DNA of 64,000 nucleotides from Candidatus Iainarchaeum sp. (GCA_030688545.1 JAUYHT010000006.1:267035-331034); one strand, 5' to 3'; counted from the first letter of the stretch, positions 1 to 9,819 are shown. Notes: a model not told the origin generated them from the letters alone. Made by a program: numbers and translations.

Positions 1-7
1 TTTACGC

Positions 8-589
8 ATGGATTTGTCAGGTTATGGTGAGAGCGAAGGAAATCGGTTTGAGATTACCCCAACGCTCCATGTTCAGGACGTGGTGGATATTTATACTCAA
101 CTAAAACCGAATTATTCTTCTTTCTATGCAGCCGGATTTTCATGGGGTGCGTACATAGCATTAATTACTTCACTGCATGTTCCCTTTCACCTTCAATTCA
201 TTTTTTCTCCCGCAATATTTTATGAAAATAGGGAAATCAATCATGCATTTAATCGCGCGTGGAAAAGGAATGGGTGGTTGCCGGATTATAATGTATTTGT
301 GAAAAATGGGAGCATCCGACCGCAGAAAGAGAAACACCAACTAAATTATGCATTTTTGACCTCCCTCCGACGATATACGATTGATAACGTGAGCCGCACT
401 CGTGTTCCAACGATATTAGGATGCGGAAAAAAAGAAAAACTATTTGTAAAACAAATAAATCAACTTAAAGAAAAAATTCATGCCCCCGTTCAAAAAAACC
501 TTTTTTCAGGAGTTGGCCATGAAAGTCGAAATCCACTATATTATGAAAAGGCCCTCAAACTTATCAATGACAACTTGCCTACTATTTGA
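8..589 (+). CDS. alpha/beta-hydrolase fold protein (5'-truncated by window edge)
   Basis: GFSWGAY matches the GxSxG nucleophile-elbow motif; ORF runs to the window start; AT-rich. Confidence 0.45.
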   Translation: MDLSGYGESEGNRFEITPTLHVQDVVDIYTQLKPNYSSFYAAGFSWGAYIALITSLHVPFHLQFIFSPAIFYENREINHAFNRAWKRNGWLPDYNVFVKNGSIRPQKEKHQLNYAFLTSLRRYTIDNVSRTRVPTILGCGKKEKLFVKQINQLKEKIHAPVQKNLFSGVGHESRNPLYYEKALKLINDNLPTI

Positions 590-699
590 TTTCAAACCAC
601 ACCCTAACTAATGCCACAATTTCTTCCAAATCTAGTTCGCCATCCATTTCGGGGGACGTGCACCCTTTTCAGCTTTTGGATTTGAACTGGTTGCCTGAG

Positions 700-771
700 A
701 GCCCTCGGTGGGATTCGAACCCACGACCTGCGGTTTACAAAACCGCTGCTCTACCACTGAGCCACGAGGGC
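700..771 (-). tRNA. tRNA-Thr (anticodon UGU)
   Basis: Hand-folded cloverleaf on minus strand: acceptor gccctcg/cgagggc, D gctc/gagc, anticodon loop tTTGTAa, T arm gtggg-ttcgaat-cccac; no encoded CCA. Confidence 0.85.
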
Positions 772-855
772 GGAATGCGATTTGGGAATGGAATGGCATT
801 CTGACGCATGGCTATTCTGGAGCGGGAATCCATATAAATTCGGTCTCCAGACCAG

Positions 856-886
856 AAGAAAAAGGGGCGGTCTCCGGTTGACCGCC
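856..886 (-). terminator. hairpin + T-run terminator-like element downstream of basic-protein gene
   Basis: minus strand: ggcggtc-aaccgga-gaccgcc stem-loop followed by cccTTTTTcttc. Confidence 0.4.
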
Positions 887-914
887 AGGGGTAGGAAGCC
901 TTATTCAGGCACCC

Positions 915-1106
915 TTATTTCCGGCGCTTTCGAACAATACGCTTTCGCGTAGAGCGGGCGCGCACGGTGCGCGTCTTCCGCGCGGGCTTTCGAACGGTTT
1001 TCACCGTTGTTCGGCCGCGTGTTTTCCGCACACTTTTTCGAACCGTTTTGGGACGGGTCGTTTTACGGGTTGTCTTGCGAACAACTCGTTTTGTTTTGCG
1101 TTGCAC
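915..1106 (-). CDS. small (63 aa) extremely basic K/R/T-repeat protein, putative nucleic-acid binding
   Basis: GTG start 8 nt after GGAGGT; ~45% K+R with recurring TVRK/TTRK units; terminator hairpin downstream; no recognised family. Confidence 0.45.
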   Translation of the reverse strand: MQRKTKRVVRKTTRKTTRPKTVRKSVRKTRGRTTVKTVRKPARKTRTVRARSTRKRIVRKRRK

Positions 1107-1297
1107 GTGGTTTACCTCCGACGTGTTTATGTAGACTAATTATGTCTGCATTTGTTATTTAAATGTTTGGAATGCATCTTTTGTCGTACAAATGCATGTT
1201 TGGCGCCAAAATGTTGGTGCAACGTGCAACAAGTTACAAAATAATGTGAAACACACGCCCAATGTTCGTGCGCAAGAAATATTATTTATCTTTTTGA

Positions 1298-2011
1298 ATG
1301 AACAAACGGAAAAAAAGAAATATGATTACAAAAAAACCCAGCGAAAGAATCAGCGTGTGCCAAACCTGCGGCGAATGCTGCAAGCGGTATCCCATTTCCA
1401 TCTTGCCACACGAGCGTTCCGCGCAAGCGAGGTTCATGGGAGTCAGCGAAGAGGAATTCACGCGCACACATACCCGGCTGCTCGTGCAATTGGTACCTTT
1501 TCCCTCCTCCGATCATCCATTGGCGATCGCCACGGCGATGTTGCCCAAAACATTGGTGCAAATACTTGAATCCAATGGATTGGATTCTCCGTATGTCATG
1601 ATCCTCCCCATGGTGGGTTTGAGAAAAGAGGAATATTGCATCTTTTTCGATGCGGATACTTTCGGATGCACCACCCATCCCGTGAAACCCGCGCAGTGCC
1701 GGCTATTTCCTTTCACGAGCCTAAAGGAGAATGAGGATTATGCCACCCTCTATGATTTCTGCGGGTTGGCTACTATCAGTTCCCCGACACAGCATACCTT
1801 CGACCATCAACGAGCGCAGAAGGAGCGTATGCATGCCTATTTCGATGCCGTGGCCAAAGAAGGATTGGGTGGCGTCTGGGGAACCCTCCCCCTCAAGGGA
1901 AACATCCTTTTCAGGGGAAAAGAGGTTTCCACCATCAGAATGGACGAACTGAATGAATGGCTGTCATTATCCCGAAGCAAAACCCCCCATTTTGACAATC
2001 ATCGAAAATAG
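1298..2011 (+). CDS. YkgJ-family putative Fe-S/zinc-chelating protein (CxxCxxCC)
   Basis: CQTCGECCKRYP and CIFFDADTFGCTTHPVKPAQCRLFPF cysteine pattern typical of the UPF0153/YkgJ domain; start may be M9 (1322). Confidence 0.55.
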   Translation: MNKRKKRNMITKKPSERISVCQTCGECCKRYPISILPHERSAQARFMGVSEEEFTRTHTRLLVQLVPFPSSDHPLAIATAMLPKTLVQILESNGLDSPYVMILPMVGLRKEEYCIFFDADTFGCTTHPVKPAQCRLFPFTSLKENEDYATLYDFCGLATISSPTQHTFDHQRAQKERMHAYFDAVAKEGLGGVWGTLPLKGNILFRGKEVSTIRMDELNEWLSLSRSKTPHFDNHRK

Positions 2012-2084
2012 ATTCGTCTATCGTAGACTTTGGGAAGCTTTCAGGTAAAAATGTTCATAAACTCCCACCTCCCTCCTCTCTTTC

Positions 2085-2849
2085 ATGAAAGCCACCTCTC
2101 ATCCAAGAATCGGATGGGGTCTCCTTGCCGGATTGGTTTTGCTGTTATTGCTCGCCGGCTGTGCCCAACCCCCATCCTCAGGAAACAATATTCCCCCAGC
2201 CCCTAATCCTCCTCCCACCACCCAGGATGGACGATTAGTTTATGCCATCACCGATGCGGCCGCGGATCTGTCTTCCATTTCAAGGATCGACATGACCATC
2301 GACCGCGTGGAAACCCATTCGACAACGTCGGGTTGGACCACCGTTGCTTTCACCCCTCAAACATTCAACCTATTGGATCTCAGGGACCAGGATAAAGCCA
2401 TGGTGCTCGCCGACGCCGAATTGAATGCCGGTTCATATGACCAGACAAGATTGCACGTGTCCTCTATTCTCATTACGGATATCGAGAACCAGACCCGGGA
2501 GGCTTTCCTCCCTTCAGGAGAGCTCCGATTTTCTTCCACCATGAACGTGGATGGGGGGAGCGTGAATACCATTCTCCTGGATGTCCTCGCGGATGTGTCA
2601 TTGCATCAGACGGGGAATGGCCAATACATTTTTGCCCCCGTCATCCAGGTTGAAACCCGGGAAGATGCGGATGTGACCATCCAGAATGACGACACCATTG
2701 TAATAACCTCCGGGAACATCACCTCATCCACGCGTGTGGGCATGGATGTTCAGGGGAACGTGGGGGTGAATGTGCAGATCCCCGCGGACGCGAATGTGGT
2801 CATCGAGAATGGGATCGTGGTCATCCGAGGAAGCCTTCTCGTGACCTGA
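2085..2849 (+). CDS. secreted lipoprotein (lipobox LAGC), unknown function
   Basis: N-terminal signal + LLLAGCAQP lipobox, Pro-rich linker, beta-rich body. Confidence 0.5.
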   Translation: MKATSHPRIGWGLLAGLVLLLLLAGCAQPPSSGNNIPPAPNPPPTTQDGRLVYAITDAAADLSSISRIDMTIDRVETHSTTSGWTTVAFTPQTFNLLDLRDQDKAMVLADAELNAGSYDQTRLHVSSILITDIENQTREAFLPSGELRFSSTMNVDGGSVNTILLDVLADVSLHQTGNGQYIFAPVIQVETREDADVTIQNDDTIVITSGNITSSTRVGMDVQGNVGVNVQIPADANVVIENGIVVIRGSLLVT

Positions 2850-2920
2850 ATAATGGATTTGAAACAGGAAATGGGGGATGTCCTATTTTTTGTCCCCCTC
2901 TTTTTTTTTATCTAAAAATG

Positions 2921-3349
2921 TCATTCTCGAATGCCCATTAATCCGTTGGCGGGCATATTCGGGTCAATGGGTTGGGTGAATTCAAGGGTCAATTGGAACC
3001 CATTGTGCGCAATTCCTTTGGTCAGTGTCCCATCCCACATCTGCATCCCCAGCATGAATCCCACGTGCAAGTCCCCATAAATCCCATCCTTGAGGTTCAT
3101 GAAATGCCCTGACACCGAGACGATGCGCCCATTCCGCAGTTCCTGCGAGACGAAGCGGTTGTGATTGAAGTATTGCACCGTGGCTTCCTTCAGAAGTCCG
3201 TCGGCCGTGATCGCCGTGGTTTCTCTGATTCCGTGTTCGCGGATGGCTTGCCGCAACCCTTGGAGCACGTCATCCCCATCCTCGAACGCCAGGACGAGAT
3301 TCTTCTTCGTGCTCCTTCCGGTGTAAATAGTCGAATCGAATTGGCTCAT
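2921..3349 (-). CDS. PPC/DUF296-domain protein
   Basis: VLAFEDGDDVLQGLRQAIREHGIRETTAITADG...GHFMNL pattern resembles DUF296 (PPC) proteins. Confidence 0.45.
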   Translation of the reverse strand: MSQFDSTIYTGRSTKKNLVLAFEDGDDVLQGLRQAIREHGIRETTAITADGLLKEATVQYFNHNRFVSQELRNGRIVSVSGHFMNLKDGIYGDLHVGFMLGMQMWDGTLTKGIAHNGFQLTLEFTQPIDPNMPANGLMGIRE

Positions 3350-3449
3350 GCCTATTCCCCCTCTCTGCCATACATATCCTTTCCCGGTTTATTAGCCTAT
3401 TCGATTGTGTAGCAATTACCTTTTTGTAGGGGTATCTCCTTCATCTTAC

Positions 3450-4016
3450 ATGGATACCCTTTCTTCCTTGGCCGCAGAGGCCCATACCTGCACCCGTTGC
3501 CCGCTGTCCCGCTCCCGCACCCTCGCGGTACCGGGAGAAGGGCCGTCGAACGCGACCATCCTTCTAATTGGAGAAGCCCCGGGGCGGAATGAAGACCTTC
3601 ATGGGCGGCCTTTTGTGGGCGCGGCGGGAAAGAAGCTGGAGGGGCTCCTGGCTCAAGCGGGGTTGGCGCGGGAAGACGTATTCATTACTTCCGTCGTAAA
3701 ATGCCGCCCCCCTGAAAACAGGGTGCCTACTTTTGAGGAGGCCACCACCTGCAAGATTAAATTCCTCCAACCCCAAATCCACCTCATTCGACCCGCGCTT
3801 ATTGGCCTCATGGGACGGACGGCGATTTCCCACGTGTTGGGAGAGAAAATAGACCTGGAAACCATGCACGGGAAGGTACTGGAAAGGAATGGCCAGAGGT
3901 ACATGATCCTCTACCATCCGGCCGCCATGATCTATAACCAGAACTTAAAGGCAGTCATGGAAAAGGATTTTAGGGAATTAACTCCTCATGGGGGGGAGAA
4001 ACATGCCTTTCGTTAA
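3450..4016 (+). CDS. uracil-DNA glycosylase family 4 (Fe-S type)
   Basis: CTRCPLS, GEGP, LLIGEAPG, GRPFVGAAG, VVKCRPPENRVP, YHP motifs; start moved to MDTLSS. Confidence 0.85.
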   Translation: MDTLSSLAAEAHTCTRCPLSRSRTLAVPGEGPSNATILLIGEAPGRNEDLHGRPFVGAAGKKLEGLLAQAGLAREDVFITSVVKCRPPENRVPTFEEATTCKIKFLQPQIHLIRPALIGLMGRTAISHVLGEKIDLETMHGKVLERNGQRYMILYHPAAMIYNQNLKAVMEKDFRELTPHGGEKHAFR

Positions 4017-4542
4017 ACGAACACGTACTCCTCGCAAACCCCGGATGACCTCAAGCAGGGAACGGGCACTTCTTTCGCGGGTAGAATTGCGCCATGAAAA
4101 AAGGGTATCCGAGCTGAAAGATATTCGTTATGCTTTCGACCAAAAAGAGGAAGTGCGGCTCGCCCGGAAACGAGTTTGGGGTATTCTGCTGGGGGAAGAA
4201 AAAGCATCCACCATCTATGCCGCCTTGGTTCCCCTGCTGGGTTTCAAGCTGGATTATTTGGATGCCGCCTACAACCATGTTGTGATTGCCCTCGATAATA
4301 CGGAACGTATCCTCCGGCGGAAGGACGTGCCTCCCGGCCTTCGCCGCGCCATCGAACGCCATGCGGAAACCCTCCGAGAGTTGCAGGATCGCTACTTGGA
4401 AGATATTGCTCATTTTTCGAATATCCAGACATTGTATAAGCGAACCGCCAAACGGGTCAAGGAAGAAGGGATCGACCCTCAGGAGGTTCAGAAAACATTT
4501 TCCCTTTTGCAGAAAGAAACGGATTATTATTACATTCTCTGA
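4003..4542 (+). CDS. hypothetical basic/helical protein
   Basis: ORF with GGGGGAGA SD before MPFVK start; overlaps UDG stop by 14 nt; no recognised domain. Confidence 0.4.
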   Translation: MPFVKRTRTPRKPRMTSSRERALLSRVELRHEKRVSELKDIRYAFDQKEEVRLARKRVWGILLGEEKASTIYAALVPLLGFKLDYLDAAYNHVVIALDNTERILRRKDVPPGLRRAIERHAETLRELQDRYLEDIAHFSNIQTLYKRTAKRVKEEGIDPQEVQKTFSLLQKETDYYYIL

Positions 4543-4577
4543 AAAGGATAAAGCAACCGGAAAAAAAAGTAGGTATC

Positions 4578-4751
4578 TCACTTCTTCCCCAAGAACTTAG
4601 CGTGCTGTTTGCTCCACACCTTGTTGGGGGTTTTTTTCAGCCACTCCGCGTAATGTTCCACGAATGCCATCCGCTGTTCCGAATTCCGGCGTTTCTCCTC
4701 TTCCATCTCCTTCCAGTCTTTCTCGGTCAATGTGGGAAGTCTTTTTTCCAT
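4578..4751 (-). CDS. hypothetical small protein (57 aa)
   Basis: MEKRLPTLTEKDWKEMEEEKRR... ORF below the 60-aa cutoff, found by manual translation; overlaps the end of the upstream ORF by 25 nt. Confidence 0.25.
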   Translation of the reverse strand: MEKRLPTLTEKDWKEMEEEKRRNSEQRMAFVEHYAEWLKKTPNKVWSKQHAKFLGKK

Positions 4752-5119
4752 AGAGTGTGCTCTGCCTGCTTTTCGACGCCCAATTCGCGTATATGATGGG
4801 ATAACAACCCCGTATTTAACTTATCGGGGAATATTTTATACAAATGCCGCGCGTCCTCGAAATCCTTCTCCGTGCCCAAATACCATTTGTAGGCAATCTG
4901 TAGTTCAATCTCCGACGTGTATAGCAATCGCCCCTTCAGCCAGATCGGGATTCTCTTTTCCAAAGAATAGCCTGCATATTTCGACGTGGCATAATTCACT
5001 TCGAAGTTGGGTTCTGGTTTTCCATTCAACGAGAAACGGGGGGCGATTCCTTCCTCCAACACCTCCAACGTATCCATCAGGGAGAAAGCGTTAATGCATT
5101 CAAACCCTTCCTCTTCCAA
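4727..5119 (-). CDS. hypothetical protein, possibly the C-terminal remnant of a disrupted gene
   Basis: TTG-initiated ORF; the same frame continues upstream (…IDVDMFIERLDEKKMEEW) through an in-frame TAG at 5120-5122 (see findings). Confidence 0.3.
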   Translation of the reverse strand: MEEEGFECINAFSLMDTLEVLEEGIAPRFSLNGKPEPNFEVNYATSKYAGYSLEKRIPIWLKGRLLYTSEIELQIAYKWYLGTEKDFEDARHLYKIFPDKLNTGLLSHHIRELGVEKQAEHTLWKKDFPH

Positions 5120-5271
5120 TATCTTCTACCATTCCTCCATTTTTTTCTCGTCCAACCTTTCGATGAACATATCCACATCAATAGTATTTCGCGCTCAACG
5201 ATTTTTCACTCATGAAAGGAAGTCGTTTTCATTTATACTTTGGCGTATGGATCCTCCCTCGCTCCGGCAGG

Positions 5272-5763
5272 CTAAAAAACTGGATTTAGAAACAAAATAG
5301 CGAGATTGAGCAGCGCGGCGAAGCCGACCCAGAGGAGGTAGGGGTAGAGCAGATAGGCGGCCCTGGCGGAAATGGGTTTGAACGCACGGATGGTTTTCCA
5401 TATGGCCCACCCCAGCAATAGGATGACAACGAACCCCAGCGCAGGCGATCGGAGGCCGAAGAAGGAGATGCTCCACAGCAAGTTCAATCCCAACTGGAGG
5501 CCGAACACCTTCAAGGCAGGAATGACCTTCTTCTGCTTGGATCCCCGCTCCTGCCAAACCAGATAGAGGGATATTCCCATCAGCAGGTACAAAAGGCCCC
5601 ACGCCGGCCCGAACACCCAGGATGGAGGGGTGAAAAAGGGTTTCTCCAATGCCGCGTACCATATTGGGATGGCGGGCGTGGTGAACAGTGCACCCGCAAT
5701 TCCTGCGAGCTGGCAAACTCCTATTGAGAGGATAAATCGGATTCCATTGAATGGTTTAGGCAT
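5272..5763 (-). CDS. tspO: TspO/MBR tryptophan-rich sensory protein
   Basis: 5-TM; conserved W/P/Y-rich motifs (AIPIWYAALEKPFFTPPSWVFGPAWGLLYLLMG). Confidence 0.8.
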   Translation of the reverse strand: MPKPFNGIRFILSIGVCQLAGIAGALFTTPAIPIWYAALEKPFFTPPSWVFGPAWGLLYLLMGISLYLVWQERGSKQKKVIPALKVFGLQLGLNLLWSISFFGLRSPALGFVVILLLGWAIWKTIRAFKPISARAAYLLYPYLLWVGFAALLNLAILFLNPVF

Positions 5764-6077
5764 ACATTTTATTCCGGACCGGATACGATTTCATGACCCT
5801 ATTCCAGGGCAGTGACAAGCGCTTGCTCCTCGGCCGTATTCGATGCACCGAAACAATTTTTTATTTATAAGCCTATTGAAGGCATTCGGGGCGAGAATTC
5901 TTCTTACCCCAAGGATATGTTATTCGACACAATTATAGCAATAGGAACCGGATTCCCTCATGAATGAATGTGAAACTGACCAGGGCAATTGCCGCGAGCA
6001 CGAATTTCCTGAATGCTGCTAGACCCTCCACCACTAAAAGAGATGTTTTATAGACCAAAATAGGTATATTCGTTCAT

Positions 6078-7457
6078 TTGGGAGTATTTACCACCATGAA
6101 AAAAAAGACCTCAATGGTAGATGTGATTGTTATTGGCACGGGTTCGGCCGGTTCAATCATCGCGTTTGCATGTCGTAAAGCGGGAAAAAAAGTTGCCATA
6201 ATCGATGATAGAAAAGTAGGTGGAACGTGCGCGTTACGCGGATGCGATCCAAAAAAAGTACTAGTTGGTGCGGCTGATTTGATCGAGTGGAATTACCATA
6301 TGCATGCTCAAAAAATTATTCATCCAGTTCCAAGAATAAATTGGAATGCGTTAATGCAGTTCAAACGAACCTTTACGGATCCCGTTCCTCTTTCGCTTGA
6401 AAAAGAATTAGCGGGTGCGGGCATTGCCTTATTCAAGGGACGCGCCATTTTCGTGGATGAACAAACCATTCAAGTAGGGGGAGAAATCCTCCTCAAGGGG
6501 AAAAAAATAGTGATTGCCACAGGGGCCGTTCCAAATGTCCCCCCCATTCCGGGTTCGAACCATTTCATTACGAGCGACGAATTTTTGGAATTAGAAAAAC
6601 TTCCAAAGGACATTACATTCATCGGCGGAGGATACATTTCATTCGAGTTTGCGCACATCGCCGCTCGCGCCGGTTCACGCGTGCGGATTATTCACCGAAG
6701 CTCCCACGTATTGAAGGAATTTGATCCCGATTTGGTCAAAATGTTGGTTGAATATTCCAACGAAATAGGAATCGATATTCTGCTGGATTCAACCCCCACT
6801 AAAATTGAAAAGAAAAAAGATACCTATTACTTGACGGTTAAGGGGAAGTCCAAAAAAACCATTAAAACAGATTTAGTAGTGATTGGCTCAGGAAGAAAAC
6901 CGGCGTTGGAAAAACTAAACCTGGAGAAAGCACATATTAAGTGGGATGGAAAAAAACTGTTACTGAATGCATACCTGCAAAGTATTTCCAATCCGCGCGT
7001 ATTTGCAGCCGGCGATGCAGCGTCGAAAGGTCCACCCCTCTCTCCTGTGGCGGGGATCGATGGAAATGCGGTCGCCTACAACATGCTTAAGGCAAACAAA
7101 ACAAAGCCCAATTATGCAGGAGTAGCATCCGTCGTTTTTTCCATTCCTCCGTTAGCCAAAGTGGGTTTAACGGTGACAGAAGCCCGAAAAAAGGGATTGC
7201 ATTTCCATGTTAAATTCAAGAAAACCCACGAATGGTATTCGTCGCGACGCCTTAATGAAAGATGCTCCGGATTCAAAGTACTTGTAGAAAAAGAAACGGG
7301 AAAAATTCTTGGTGCCCATATTTTGGGGGAAAATGCGGAAGAACTAATCAATATCTTCGCACTCGCCATTCGATTAAACCTTTCCATGCATCAATTGAAA
7401 ACGACTCCATTTGCTTACCCTTCTCATGGTTCAAATGTCCATTCCATGTTCCCTTAA
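6078..7457 (+). CDS. class I pyridine nucleotide-disulfide oxidoreductase (flavoprotein disulfide reductase family)
   Basis: VIVIGTGSAG FAD fold, redox-active GGTCALRGCDPKK (CxxxxC), NAD GxGxxG, C-terminal dimerisation domain; true start probably 6096 or 6114; TATA-like ttttatag ~30 bp upstream. Confidence 0.75.
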   Translation: MGVFTTMKKKTSMVDVIVIGTGSAGSIIAFACRKAGKKVAIIDDRKVGGTCALRGCDPKKVLVGAADLIEWNYHMHAQKIIHPVPRINWNALMQFKRTFTDPVPLSLEKELAGAGIALFKGRAIFVDEQTIQVGGEILLKGKKIVIATGAVPNVPPIPGSNHFITSDEFLELEKLPKDITFIGGGYISFEFAHIAARAGSRVRIIHRSSHVLKEFDPDLVKMLVEYSNEIGIDILLDSTPTKIEKKKDTYYLTVKGKSKKTIKTDLVVIGSGRKPALEKLNLEKAHIKWDGKKLLLNAYLQSISNPRVFAAGDAASKGPPLSPVAGIDGNAVAYNMLKANKTKPNYAGVASVVFSIPPLAKVGLTVTEARKKGLHFHVKFKKTHEWYSSRRLNERCSGFKVLVEKETGKILGAHILGENAEELINIFALAIRLNLSMHQLKTTPFAYPSHGSNVHSMFP

Positions 7458-7541
7458 TTGGTGAGGGGGCCGACCGGAGCACGCTAATTCCTTTATGTTA
7501 CCGATTGATAGTTTTATATTCAATGATTTAGCCATTGGACT

Positions 7542-8744
7542 ATGATTCCTAAACCATTGATTCTGCTCGTCGTTTTGATGCTTGGGTGTATTCAGCCTGA
7601 GATTCCAGTAGAAGAAAACACCGTTCCCGCTACCCCTCCCGCACTTCAAAATGAGCTAATGGGAAATGAAACCAATGAGGAAGAAACAGAAATGGTTTCC
7701 CCCGATGAGATTTATTGGAAAGAGCGCGTGGAAGCAGCATTTGCTCCAGTAGAGTGTCCATCCCCTCCCCTAATAGATTATCCTGATTCCTATTACCAAG
7801 GTCCGCTCATCGATAATCACATTCACATTTCGTCTATTTTTGATGGAGGGCCTGGAAGCGAGCCCGAAAAAACTGATCATCCCGCATTAGGCGTCACTTC
7901 CCATATTACGGATTATATGTGTACCCTTCGCTACGATGGATCAATGCAAGCATTGACCTTTTTTCCAGTGTGGGATCCCATTGCCGATCAGTATTTGGAT
8001 ATTGCCAAGCGCACAATGAAAGAGTATCCCGATCTTTTTATCCCCTTTATTATGCCACCGGATGATGACGGGAATCCAAATGGTTTTCCCACCGTGGATG
8101 CGAAAAAGTTGGATGAATTTTTGAGCAGGCATCCGGGTTTATTTCGCGGCTATGGGGAAATAGGATTGTATGCGCGACCAGGAGGTGCTCCCGCACTTTT
8201 CCCGAATAGCCCGCGATTGAAGGAAATCTATCCCATTGTGCGAAAGCATAATCTTGTCGTGTACTTCCATTTAGGGGAAGGCCAGCAAGAGGCTTTTGAA
8301 GAAATTCTCTCGGAAAACCCGGATATTACCTTCATTTTTCACGGCGACCAACTCATTTCCTACCAGCAGGATGGAACGCAGTATTTGAGCGCAATTGAGG
8401 AAATCTTGGAAAACCATTCCAATGTGTATTATGAGGTGGATGAATTGTGGGGGGACGTTTGGTTATTGAAACCCGGCGCGTCCAAAGAGGATTTTCTAGC
8501 GCATTTTGAGGATTATGGGCCTTTGCTCGAAAAGGATGTGGCAACCTGGAAGCCCTTTATTGAACGTTTTCCCGACCAGGTTCTCTGGGGAAGCGATCGT
8601 GGAGTTTCTACATTGTGGGATTTGGATCGCGACGTGGCGTTCCAATTGCAGGATTACGTGCGCGCATTCATTGGAAAACTCGATCCGTCTGTGCAGGAAA
8701 AGTATGCCTACAAAAATTCAGAACGAATATTTGCAAAAAAATGA
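7542..8744 (+). CDS. secreted/lipoprotein metal-dependent amidohydrolase (TIM-barrel)
   Basis: signal + LGC lipobox; IDNHIHI HxH motif, GYGEIG, FHLGEG, LWGSDRG. Confidence 0.6.
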   Translation: MIPKPLILLVVLMLGCIQPEIPVEENTVPATPPALQNELMGNETNEEETEMVSPDEIYWKERVEAAFAPVECPSPPLIDYPDSYYQGPLIDNHIHISSIFDGGPGSEPEKTDHPALGVTSHITDYMCTLRYDGSMQALTFFPVWDPIADQYLDIAKRTMKEYPDLFIPFIMPPDDDGNPNGFPTVDAKKLDEFLSRHPGLFRGYGEIGLYARPGGAPALFPNSPRLKEIYPIVRKHNLVVYFHLGEGQQEAFEEILSENPDITFIFHGDQLISYQQDGTQYLSAIEEILENHSNVYYEVDELWGDVWLLKPGASKEDFLAHFEDYGPLLEKDVATWKPFIERFPDQVLWGSDRGVSTLWDLDRDVAFQLQDYVRAFIGKLDPSVQEKYAYKNSERIFAKK

Positions 8745-8766
8745 CCTCCTCCCCCACGTGAACTAC

Positions 8767-8784
8767 GGGGCACTAAAGTGCCCC
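8767..8784. terminator. GC-stem/UAAA-loop hairpin 3' of amidohydrolase
   Basis: ggggcac-taaa-gtgcccc, 7-bp perfect stem. Confidence 0.3.
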
Positions 8785-8921
8785 GCGTCCTTCTCAACAC
8801 GAAAAGAGAAAGGCGAAAAAATATTTCCGCGGGCGGGATTCATCCACCCACCAATGTGGGATAGGGTTCTCCCGAAAATGACCTAAAAAGAAAATGAGTG
8901 CACCTTGACTTTACAGGAAAA

Positions 8922-8996
8922 TGCCCCGAGCGGGATTCGAACCCGCGTCCCCACCGTGAGAGGGTGATATCCTTGACCGGGCTAGACGATCGGGGC
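8922..8996 (-). tRNA. tRNA-Glu (anticodon CUC)
   Basis: Hand-folded: acceptor gccccga/tcggggc, anticodon arm tcacc-ctCTCac-ggtgg, T arm gcggg-ttcgaat-cccgc. Confidence 0.8.
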
Positions 8997-9181
8997 ATCA
9001 GTTCTATTCCAAATGATTGGCCTACGGGGGGATTAAAAATCCCGCGACGGTTTCGATCGGGAGGGCTGGCCAGTACCCTGAAATGACCAGGTGACCGTTA
9101 TTTCATTTGGGGGGCCCACTATTCCAAAAGAACCAGGGTGGTCCTTTTTAGGTACTTTTCACCCCATGAGAATGATAATCC

Positions 9182-9769
9182 ATGTCCCCCCACCAATTCC
9201 TCCGCCTATTTTACACCCCCACCCAAGTGCTCCGCCAACAGCGGGATAAGGCCTCCCTGCCCGTCGCAATGATTAATCTCTTTCTCACGGGAGCCAACGC
9301 CGGGGTCGTGGGAATCCTTTATGTCACCCTCCTCCTGGATTCGTTTGGCACGCACCCCCCGGGAAAGGCTTTGGAACAGATTGGGGGTTATATTTTAGGG
9401 GAAGGGTTCCACGTGCTACTGTACCTTCCCTTCATCTCGGCGGTGGGGGCCGTTATTTTTCTGACTTTATTCATGGCTCTCGTTTGGATGATCGCCACCC
9501 AATTGGGGGGTCATGGGAGGTGGGTGGTGAATGTGTATTTGCTTTCCATCCTTTTCCTCCCGATCGCTATAGGCACCTTTCTCGTGAACCTCGCGCTCAT
9601 CTTTCCTTTGGTGGGGGGACTTCTAGCCGTGGGATGGGGAATATACATCCTTTATTTGGTTATCCAAACCGTGTCGATTGCTAATGGTATTTCTCCATCT
9701 AAAAGTATTCTCGCATTGGTTTTCCCCGTCGCGCTGGCAGTAGGATTAATCCGCACCTTCACTGGGTGA
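9182..9769 (+). CDS. multi-pass membrane protein (Yip1-like topology)
   Basis: 5 predicted TM helices, cytosolic basic N-terminus; no motif. Confidence 0.4.
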   Translation: MSPHQFLRLFYTPTQVLRQQRDKASLPVAMINLFLTGANAGVVGILYVTLLLDSFGTHPPGKALEQIGGYILGEGFHVLLYLPFISAVGAVIFLTLFMALVWMIATQLGGHGRWVVNVYLLSILFLPIAIGTFLVNLALIFPLVGGLLAVGWGIYILYLVIQTVSIANGISPSKSILALVFPVALAVGLIRTFTG

Positions 9770-9819
9770 ATCGGCTATTTTGAAAATAGGAAGAGGGAGG
9801 GAATGCCCTCCCACTCATT

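Noticed and set aside
1192-1716. Several overlapping ORFs (1192-1569+, 1286-1678-, 1513-1716-)
   Set aside because: They overlap the YkgJ-family gene with its clear CxxCxxCC motif. They are frame shadows.
4051-4581. 176-aa minus-strand ORF
   Set aside because: Antisense to the better-supported plus-strand gene 4003-4542 (SD, protein-like composition). The minus ORF has odd composition.
8898-9086. 62-aa ORF
   Set aside because: Spans the tRNA-Glu gene and intergenic hairpins.
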